From: Patescibacteria group bacterium
GTDB taxonomy: Bacteria; Patescibacteriota; Minisyncoccia; Phycocordibacterales; UBA1006
Assembly (NCBI GenBank): GCA_028286885.1
Contig: JAQBQS010000016.1
Coordinates: 70,464-134,463, forward strand
DNA: 64,000 nt
Direction of reading: 5' to 3'
The translations under genes and the position numbers were made by a program. The notes beneath the pieces were generated by a model. That model searched no databases. It was not told where the DNA came from and was given only the letters and a program-made list of their open reading frames with translations. Below, piece by piece: positions 57,424 to 64,000 of the stretch. How positions within the stretch are numbered: the stretch's first letter is position 1; each line of letters starts with the position of its first letter.

Positions 57424-57455
57424 CAAAGCCCTGATCACAGATCAGGGCTTTTTCT
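57424..57455 (+). terminator. terminator of paralog 4 (10 bp stem)
   Basis: agccctgatc-aca-gatcagggct followed by TTTTT; nearly identical to the paralog 2 terminator. Confidence 0.7.
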
Positions 57456-57489
57456 ATATAAATATGGATTTGTACTTGAATGTTCGGAA

Positions 57490-57529
57490 CCCTCTCCTTC
57501 CAGGAGAGGGTGGCTTCCGTCAGGAAGCC
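57490..57529 (+). other. two adjacent GC-rich hairpins without T-runs, upstream of the tuf promoter
   Basis: ccctctcc-ttcca-ggagaggg, then ggcttcc-gtca-ggaagcc. Confidence 0.35.
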
Positions 57530-57547
57530 GGGTGAGGTCTGGAATTC

Positions 57548-57576
57548 TTGACTTTATTTCCAATTTCGCGTAGGAT
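57548..57576 (+). promoter_or_regulatory. tuf promoter
   Basis: TTGACT-17 nt-TAGGAT; 118 nt leader. Confidence 0.5.
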
Positions 57577-57694
57577 ATGCGGGTTATTATTAAGTTAATC
57601 CGGGACACAGGTTATCGCCGGAACGATGCAACACTTGGCTGTTTTTTCAGCACGAGACGTCGTTTCGAGTAGTCTGTTCCCATCAATCAAACGT

Positions 57695-58897
57695 ATGGCA
57701 GCAGCTGAATTTGACCGATCAAAGCCACACGTAAACGTAGGAACCATTGGTCACGTCGACCATGGCAAGACTACGCTTACGGCGGCTATTTTGAGCGTCC
57801 TTAACCGAGAAGGCAACGGATATGGAGCCGTTACCAAGGGAATCAACGACATCGACAAGGCTCCCGAGGAAAAGGCACGAGGAATTACGATTTCATTGTC
57901 TCACTCTGAGTACTGGACACCGACGCGACACTACGCTCACATCGACGCCCCAGGACATGCCGACTACATCAAGAACATGATTACAGGTGCCGCTCAGATG
58001 GACGGTGCCGTACTCGTAGTAGCAGCAACAGACGGAGCGATGCCACAGACACGAGAGCACATTTTGCTCGCGCGACAGGTAAACGTTCCAAAGATGATTG
58101 TCTTCTTGAACAAGTGCGACATGGTTGATGACCCAGAAATGCTCGATCTCGTTGAGATGGAAATGCGAGAAATCTTGACCAAGAATGGTTACGACGGAGA
58201 CGCAACACCAATCATCCGAGGTTCAGGACTTAAGGCTTTGGAATCAGCTGACAACAGCGATCCTTACGCTCAGAAAGTCATGGAACTCGTTCGAGCATTG
58301 GACGAGTACATCCCAGTTCCAGAGCGAGAGCTCGACAAGCCATTCTTGATGCCAGTAGAGGACGTATTCTCGATCGAAGGACGAGGAACCGTCGTAACTG
58401 GAAAAATCGAGCAGGGAATCATCAAGGTAGGAGAGGAAATCGAAATTGTCGGTATCCACGACACCGTGAAGACAACGGTTACAGGAGTTGAAATGTTCAA
58501 CAAGTCGCTCCAGCAGGGACAGGCCGGTGACAACGCCGGAATTCTCCTCCGAGGAATCAAGAAGGAAGACGTTACCCGAGGGCAGGTTCTCTGCAAACCG
58601 GGATCAGTCAAGCCTCACACAGAGTTCGAGTGCGAGACCTACATCCTCAAGAAGGAGGAAGGAGGACGACACACGCCGTTCATCCAGGGTTACAAGCCTC
58701 AGTTCTACGTTCGAACAACGGACGTAACGGGAGAAGTAACGCTTCCAGAAGGAACAGCTATGGTTATGCCAGGCGACACGGTAACATTCAAGGTTAAACT
58801 CATGGCTCCAGTAGCTCTCGAGAACAACCAGCGATTCACCGTCCGAGAGGGAGGAAAGACAGTCGGTGCAGGTGTTGTTACCAAGATCATTGCTTAG
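57695..58897 (+). CDS. tuf: elongation factor Tu
   Basis: [32 protein letters not shown]...[22 protein letters not shown]...NKCD...; 400 aa. Confidence 0.93.
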   Translation: MAAAEFDRSKPHVNVGTIGHVDHGKTTLTAAILSVLNREGNGYGAVTKGINDIDKAPEEKARGITISLSHSEYWTPTRHYAHIDAPGHADYIKNMITGAAQMDGAVLVVAATDGAMPQTREHILLARQVNVPKMIVFLNKCDMVDDPEMLDLVEMEMREILTKNGYDGDATPIIRGSGLKALESADNSDPYAQKVMELVRALDEYIPVPERELDKPFLMPVEDVFSIEGRGTVVTGKIEQGIIKVGEEIEIVGIHDTVKTTVTGVEMFNKSLQQGQAGDNAGILLRGIKKEDVTRGQVLCKPGSVKPHTEFECETYILKKEEGGRHTPFIQGYKPQFYVRTTDVTGEVTLPEGTAMVMPGDTVTFKVKLMAPVALENNQRFTVREGGKTVGAGVVTKIIA

Positions 58898-58905
58898 TGA
58901 ATTGT

Positions 58906-58960
58906 CCGTCTTCCCGGGCTTGATTGTCTCAATCACCTACGCGGTGACCCGGGATCCAGG
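58906..58960 (+). other. second copy of the CGTCyTCCCGGGC...GACCCGGGATCCAGG element (tuf-rpsJ intergenic)
   Basis: ccgtcttcccgggc + hairpin tgattg-tctc-caatca + cctacgcggtGACCCGGGATCCAGG. Confidence 0.4.
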
Positions 58961-58981
58961 ACCAAACACTCTCCATTAATT

Positions 58982-59311
58982 ATGGCAACAAAAACACAGG
59001 CTCCAGCTGGCGGAATCCGTTTGCGCGTCCGCGCATACGAGAGCAAAATTCTCGATGCGTCGATCAAGCAGATCATCGACATCGCCAAGAAGAACGAGGC
59101 TGAAGTCCGCGGTCCGGTCCCGTTGCCAAACGAGATCAAGAAGTACACGGTGAACCGTTCGACGTTCGTCCACAAGGACGCGCGCGAGCAGTTCGAAATC
59201 CGCGTGCACAAGCGGCTCATCGACATCGTCAACCCGAATCCGAAATTGATCGAAGCATTGGGAACAATGAACCTTCCGTCAGGAGTCGAGGTCGACATGA
59301 AGATGATGTAA
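58982..59311 (+). CDS. rpsJ: 30S ribosomal protein S10
   Basis: IRLRVRAYESKILDASIKQIIDIAKKNEAEVRGPVPLP...STFVHKDAREQFEIRVHKRLIDI. Confidence 0.92.
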   Translation: MATKTQAPAGGIRLRVRAYESKILDASIKQIIDIAKKNEAEVRGPVPLPNEIKKYTVNRSTFVHKDAREQFEIRVHKRLIDIVNPNPKLIEALGTMNLPSGVEVDMKMM

Positions 59312-59368
59312 TTTATCAAGTAGCTCACGTTGGCGGTAAGAGATTACAACTAGACGGCTCCTTGAATT

Positions 59369-59394
59369 GCGAACGGTTTGTGAAAACCGTTCGC
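59369..59394 (+). other. 11 bp perfect-stem GNRA hairpin in the rpsJ-rplC spacer
   Basis: gcgaacggttt-gtga-aaaccgttcgc, with no T-run. Confidence 0.5.
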
Positions 59395-59430
59395 TCCTCA
59401 AACAGCCGAGCCAACCACTGAACAAGACAT

Positions 59431-60051
59431 ATGAAATTCATTCTCGGTGAGAAAATCACCATGACGCAGTTTTTCGATTCGAAAGGCCGCGCGCAGGCTG
59501 CGACGATCATCAAGGCTACGCCTTCGGTCGTGACGCAGGTCAAATCGACGGACAAAGACGGCTATTCGTCAGTCCAGCTCGGATTCGGAACGCGAAAGGA
59601 AAAAAATATCGCCAAGGCCCAGAAGGGAGCTTGGGGAGAAGGGCGATTTGCGACAACTCGAGAATTTCGAGTGTCAGCAGACGAGCTTGCAAACTACACG
59701 GTAGGTGCATCGCTCGACGCATCAGTGTTTGCCATTGACGACACGATCCGAGTCACGGGCCTTTCAAAAGGCAAGGGATTCCAGGGTGTGGTCAAGCGAC
59801 ACAACTTCGCAGGAGGTCCACGCTCACACGGTCAGAAGCACTCTGAGCGAGAAGCCGGATCAATCGGCGGATCAGGAGGACGAGCCGGAGGACGCGTAGC
59901 GAAAGGTATCCGAATGGCAGGACGAATGGGATCTGACCGAATCACGGTTCGCAATCTAAAAGTTCTCGCGGTCGACACAGCAACCAATACAATGGTGGTC
60001 AAAGGCGCGGTTCCGGGACGAAACGGAACACTCCTCGAAATCATCGGCTAA
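59431..60051 (+). CDS. rplC: 50S ribosomal protein L3
   Basis: ITMTQFFDSKGRAQAATIIKA...GKGFQGVVKRHNFAGGPRSHGQ. Confidence 0.92.
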   Translation: MKFILGEKITMTQFFDSKGRAQAATIIKATPSVVTQVKSTDKDGYSSVQLGFGTRKEKNIAKAQKGAWGEGRFATTREFRVSADELANYTVGASLDASVFAIDDTIRVTGLSKGKGFQGVVKRHNFAGGPRSHGQKHSEREAGSIGGSGGRAGGRVAKGIRMAGRMGSDRITVRNLKVLAVDTATNTMVVKGAVPGRNGTLLEIIG

Positions 60052-60055
60052 TTCT

Positions 60056-60835
60056 ATGGAAAACATTTCAGCAAAAATGCATAACATTTCAGGTAAAGAA
60101 GCAGGATCAGTATCCTTGCCATCTTCTATCTGGAACCTTCCTTGGAACGCCGACCTGGTTCACCAGGTTGTTACAGGAATGCAGTCAAACGCGCGCGCTT
60201 CAACAGCGAATGCTAAAGGACGAGGTGAAGTATCCGGAGGAGGCAAGAAGCCATGGCGCCAGAAGGGAACAGGACGAGCCCGACACGGTTCGAACCGCTC
60301 GCCAATCTGGATCGGTGGAGGTACAACTCACGGACCACTCTCTGAGAAAAATTACGACAAGAAAATCAACAAGAAGATGAAGGCGAAAGCCCTCTACGTT
60401 GCTCTCTCACAGAAATTGCGGGACAATCAGGTTATCTTCGTAGATACACTTTCGTTTGATTCAATCAAGACAAAGACAGCGCAAAACGCACTTGACTCAT
60501 TTGCGAAAATCGCAGGATTTGAAACATTGAACACCAAGAAGCACAACAACATCTTTGTTGTCGTTCCCGGCAAAACAGAGGCTGTCGCAAAATCGTTCCG
60601 AAACATTTCTCACGCAACGCTTGAGGATGTTCGAAACTTGAACCCGATGGATGTTATGAATTATCGATACATCATCGTTGCCAACCCCGAGGAAGCATCT
60701 GCAACCTTGGCTGGACGCATGAACAAAACGGTAACGTCAGCTCCAAAGGCTGCCAAGCCTGCAAAGGAAAAAGCACCTGCAAAGGCAAAAGCTCCGAAGA
60801 AGGTCGCAGCCAAAAAGACAGCTAAGAAAGCTTAA
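60056..60835 (+). CDS. rplD: 50S ribosomal protein L4 with Lys/Ala-rich C-terminal extension
   Basis: KPWRQKGTGRARHGSNRSPIWIGGGTTHGP; tail AAKPAKEKAPAKAKAPKKVAAKKTAKKA. Confidence 0.9.
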   Translation: MENISAKMHNISGKEAGSVSLPSSIWNLPWNADLVHQVVTGMQSNARASTANAKGRGEVSGGGKKPWRQKGTGRARHGSNRSPIWIGGGTTHGPLSEKNYDKKINKKMKAKALYVALSQKLRDNQVIFVDTLSFDSIKTKTAQNALDSFAKIAGFETLNTKKHNNIFVVVPGKTEAVAKSFRNISHATLEDVRNLNPMDVMNYRYIIVANPEEASATLAGRMNKTVTSAPKAAKPAKEKAPAKAKAPKKVAAKKTAKKA

Positions 60836-60840
60836 ATTAT

Positions 60841-61164
60841 ATGGCAACAAAAACGATCAAGAAGACAGATGACAAGGCGGCAACGCCTGTCGTAAAGTCA
60901 ACAAAAATCCTCGGTCCGCGCGTAACTGAAAAGGCTGCGTACGCGACAGAGAAAAATGTTTACGTATTCAACGTAACCCTCGACGCTAACAAGATCGAAA
61001 TCAAGAAAGCGATCAAGGATGCGTACAAGGTTATGCCGATTGCAGTCAACATCGTCATCAGCAAGCCACGGGCAAAAATGTTCCGAGGCAAGCCAGGTGT
61101 AAAGAAAGGCTTCAAGAAGGCGTATGTCACCTTGAAAAAGGGAGATACGATCGACCTGAACTAA
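60841..61164 (+). CDS. rplW: 50S ribosomal protein L23
   Basis: KSTKILGPRVTEKAAYATEKNVYVFNVTLDANKIEIKKAIKDAYKV. Confidence 0.9.
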   Translation: MATKTIKKTDDKAATPVVKSTKILGPRVTEKAAYATEKNVYVFNVTLDANKIEIKKAIKDAYKVMPIAVNIVISKPRAKMFRGKPGVKKGFKKAYVTLKKGDTIDLN

Positions 61165-61171
61165 CTGCAAA

Positions 61172-61196
61172 AAACTTCCGTTCGGGAGTTTTTTGT
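61172..61196 (+). terminator. terminator directly after rplW (ends the S10-L3-L4-L23 unit before L2)
   Basis: acttcc-gttc-gggagt followed by TTTTT. Confidence 0.55.
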
Positions 61197-61209
61197 TTGG
61201 GAAAATTGG

Positions 61210-61240
61210 AAAATAAAAAAGGCGAACCGAAGTTCGCCTT
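61210..61240 (-). terminator. terminator for minus-strand gene 61266-61751
   Basis: aggcgaac-cgaa-gttcgcct with a minus-strand T-run. Confidence 0.6.
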
Positions 61241-61265
61241 GAGGAAACACAAGACACATTATTTT

Positions 61266-61751
61266 TTACGGATTGGTAAAGCCCGAGAGCGTTATGTGCT
61301 GCCCGGTTTCTGCCGGCGTACACGTTATGGGGGTGCTAAATCCGGTACCGACGAAGATTTTCACGCTGTAGGTCGTGGAACACGAAGTAAGGCAGAACGT
61401 CGCTTTTCCGTTCGCGTCAGTCCCGGTCGTTTGGATGACGCCGCCGTCGGCTGCCAGCAGTTTGACCGTTTTGTTGGGGATCGGAACAGACTTGCTGTCC
61501 AGCCACCAGAAGGGGTAGTCTAAGCAAGCAGGCGGTGCTACCGGTTCGGCAGTTGCCGGAGCCTCTACTACAGCTACAGGCGTTTCGGGCACATTTGCCG
61601 CGATCGACATGACTGGAGCTATTGCTTCCGTCAGCACAGGATCGCTCGGTGTTTCGGGTTTCGGTCCGGCTGCGCTTGCTGTCATGGTGACCATGGCGAA
61701 GAGGATCAGGAATAGGGCTGTCTTGGACCGTTGAGTTGTTGTTTTTCTCAT
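61266..61751 (-). CDS. secreted protein with CnaB/carboxypeptidase-regulatory-like beta-sandwich
   Basis: Signal peptide; VKLLAADGGVIQTTGTDANGKATF motif. Confidence 0.45.
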   Translation of the reverse strand: MRKTTTQRSKTALFLILFAMVTMTASAAGPKPETPSDPVLTEAIAPVMSIAANVPETPVAVVEAPATAEPVAPPACLDYPFWWLDSKSVPIPNKTVKLLAADGGVIQTTGTDANGKATFCLTSCSTTYSVKIFVGTGFSTPITCTPAETGQHITLSGFTNP

Positions 61752-61872
61752 GTTGGTTTGTTTTGGTTTATGAATTTGTTAAAAGGACAGAAGAAGATCC
61801 TATCAAATTTATCTTTTTGAGTCAAGAATCCGCCGGTTGCCGTTTTCTTGGCGTGTGCGATACTAAGTACCT

Positions 61873-62466
61873 ATGATTGAAAATATAACGCCTAGGAAGG
61901 AATCATCGCCGGATATTATGAGAAAAGCCAAAGATGCTTTTGTTATTGCGGCCCTTGTCGTCTGCACGGCGCTTCTTGCGTCATGTACGGGCAGCAAGGA
62001 ACGCGCATCGGCAGAGGATCTCAAGAATCACATCGAGAATCTCGACGTTGAAAAAGTTCCGATGGAGGATCTCAGAAAAATCGAGGACAGACTCAACTTT
62101 GATCACGGTCAGACAGTTCTTTCGCAAGAAGGAGACGTTATGCTTGCGCACGAAGATCAATTGACCACCATCACAGAAGATTCAAGCAATGTTATTGTTG
62201 ATGTAACGTTGAATTTGAGAGGTCCTGATAACAGCTTTGTTACGCGCGTAACGCATGTCGAGGTAGACAAGGCAACAGGCATCGCAACGCTTTTCAGTGA
62301 CGGCGAGGTCGGCCAGGATGTTCTCAAGAGCCAGAAGTTCCATCAGGTAATGGTTGTGAACAAGGATGGCGAGATCGTCAAAGATGATAATTACACTCCC
62401 GGCGCTGCTGCCGATTATGTAAAAACCGTTGCGAATCAGGCCTCAATTCCAACAGTAAATCTCTAA
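61873..62466 (+). CDS. lipoprotein (probable start at MRKAKD, 61918)
   Basis: AALVVCTALLASC lipobox. Confidence 0.5.
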   Translation: MIENITPRKESSPDIMRKAKDAFVIAALVVCTALLASCTGSKERASAEDLKNHIENLDVEKVPMEDLRKIEDRLNFDHGQTVLSQEGDVMLAHEDQLTTITEDSSNVIVDVTLNLRGPDNSFVTRVTHVEVDKATGIATLFSDGEVGQDVLKSQKFHQVMVVNKDGEIVKDDNYTPGAAADYVKTVANQASIPTVNL

Positions 62467-62493
62467 GACCCCGCAAGGGGTTTTCTTGATAAA

Positions 62494-62522
62494 ATAAAAA
62501 ATCTCACAATGAGATTTTTTGT
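62494..62522. terminator. bidirectional AT-flanked hairpin
   Basis: aaaaaatctca-caa-tgagatttttt. Confidence 0.5.
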
Positions 62523-62530
62523 TGAGCTTC

Positions 62531-62824
62531 TTAGGCAACGCACTCCTGTAACGCGAGAAGATTATCCGTCAGTTTTCCATCAGAATAAGTTCGAACATAA
62601 GGATTTCCAGCGGAGCTTACCCCTGTAGTGAGATATGCCGTATTACCAAATTTGTCCTTTACATATGCCGATCCTCCATTTTTCAAAAAAGTATACATTT
62701 CAAGGCGGGTCGTATAGTAATTTCCGAATTCGTTTCTATATCCGAGATTTGAAATTGCCGTATGCGGTTCATAGTGATCTCCGTTCCCCTTAGTAATGCA
62801 TGTAACGTGGCGCGTGTTTGCCAT
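62531..62824 (-). CDS. DUF3892-family small protein (97 aa)
   Basis: MANTRHVTCITK...DHYEPHTAISNLG...YVRTYSDGKLTDNLLALQEC. Confidence 0.5.
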   Translation of the reverse strand: MANTRHVTCITKGNGDHYEPHTAISNLGYRNEFGNYYTTRLEMYTFLKNGGSAYVKDKFGNTAYLTTGVSSAGNPYVRTYSDGKLTDNLLALQECVA

Positions 62825-63360
62825 AAGTTTAAAAGTCGAACTTTCCCCAAGAACTTAATTTCCGGCTTTGTTTTCCTTAGAGGGTGTAGTATTCTAAGGG
62901 TGTCGCAAACTCCTCCAGAAATGGCGGTTTTTGTTTTGGCTCAACCTGAATTGTTGACAGGTTTTAATTGTCCTAAGAGTCCTGTCCCTCTAAAGACCTT
63001 TTAATTATACCATTTTTTCAAGGTATTTAGAATTTTTTCCTTGACAAATTTGAATTTCATAACAAAAAAATTCCCCTGTAAAACAGGGGAAAATAGGAGC
63101 CTTATTTTTAATGATTTTTCAAGGCATATCCACAGAGATTTTTTTGCAAGAGGGTTTATTAGAGTTTATGCACAGCCTTTTTTTGAAACAATAAAGAAAT
63201 ACCTTTTCTAAAGGCATTCTTGACCAAACGCCCAAAATCTGATAAGGTATCCCAGTCTATCTGGATTGTATTTTCATACGCCCTAAGACGTTTAAACAGC
63301 AAGGCACTGTTTTATTATTTAATTCTCTGCGAGAAAGCCTTATTCGCACTGCAACATTCA

Positions 63361-64000
63361 TGAAAACATACAAGCCAACAAGTAAGTCGCGCCGAATGAT
63401 GTCGGTCGTGACGTACAAGGGCGTTCTTACAACGAACGAACCTTACAAGCCTCTCACCTTCGGACGGTCAAAACAGGCCGGACGAAACAACCGAGGAATC
63501 GTAACCGTCCCTCACCAGGGAGGAGGAAACAAAAACCTCTACCGAATGGTGGACTTCAAATTCGACAAGAAAAACATTCCTGCAAAGGTTGAAACAGTCG
63601 AGTATGATCCAAACCGAACAGCGTTCATCGCACTCGTCGTTTACAATGACGGAGAAAGGCGTTACATTCTCGTTCCTCAGAACGTGAAGGTCGGCGACGT
63701 GATCATCACGGCCGCTGACGCGCCGATGAAGCCCGGAAACCGACTTCCTTTGCGAAGCATTCCGGTTGGAACATTCGTCTACAACATCGAACTCAAGCCT
63801 GACGGAGGAGCAAAGCTCGTTCGTTCGGCAGGAACGTTCGCCCAGGTTGCGGCGCATGACAACGGACGCGTACAGCTCCGCCTTCCTTCGACGGAGGTTC
63901 GAACAGTTATCGACACATGCTACGCATCAGTCGGATCAGTTTCAAACCCTGAATACCAGCTCGCAAACCGCGGCAAGGCCGGAAAGTCACGATGGTTGGG
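63361..64000 (+). CDS. rplB: 50S ribosomal protein L2, N-terminal 213 aa; the gene continues past the window end
   Basis: Direct translation: MKTYKPTSKSRRMM...GRNNRGIVTVPHQGGGNKNLYRMVDFKF...IALVVYNDGERRYILVPQNVKVGDVI. Missing from the ORF track because it is truncated. Confidence 0.9.

Noticed and set aside
63468-63857. 129 aa minus-strand ORF
   Set aside because: It is antisense to rplB.

Overview
This 64 kb bacterial chromosomal window is about 50% GC, gene-dense, and uses Shine-Dalgarno sites and sigma70-type promoters (often cTTGACAaatt-17-TAtAcT). It carries no rRNA, tRNA or CRISPR.

Housekeeping genes are scattered across both strands:
- a partial RelA/SpoT gene (rel, N-terminal part, running off the window start)
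- hpf with a cyclophilin PPIase
- fmt, def and lepB
- hisS
- nusA (monocistronic here)
- tpiA followed by pgk
- recJ and rnhA
- a ComEC core gene
- tuf followed by rpsJ-rplC-rplD-rplW; rplB only appears after a 2.2 kb insertion and runs off the window end.

Six things stand out:
- A 16 kb accessory stretch (1.6-18 kb) encodes GNAT x3, an APH-like kinase, MFS x3, DMT, HAD, FAD-monooxygenase, AlkD-like, cysteine-hydrolase and ABC-exporter genes, arranged as convergent pairs sharing bidirectional terminators.
- Two tandem giant genes (1.3-1.4 k aa) encode secreted proteins with 17-residue SNFIGxxAGxxA beta-solenoid-like repeats and a C-terminal phage-tail-fibre-type intramolecular chaperone/autoprotease (S74-like) domain. 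The first is split by an 11-G homopolymer.
- A cluster of secreted Cys-rich repeat proteins lies at 38.7-43.3 kb.
- A 363 bp GIY-YIG mini-cassette is flanked by 28/29 bp inverted repeats.
- An array of four diverged paralogous ~160 aa genes sits directly upstream of tuf, each with its own promoter and terminator.
- A GC-rich structured element containing GACCCGGGATCCAGG recurs in the tpiA-pgk and tuf-rpsJ intergenic regions.

Gene content and architecture suggest a small-genome, possibly Patescibacteria/CPR-like organism; this is inference only. The provided ORF track lists only complete ORFs and uses GTG/TTG starts shown as M, so the two edge-truncated genes (rel, rplB) were found by direct translation.
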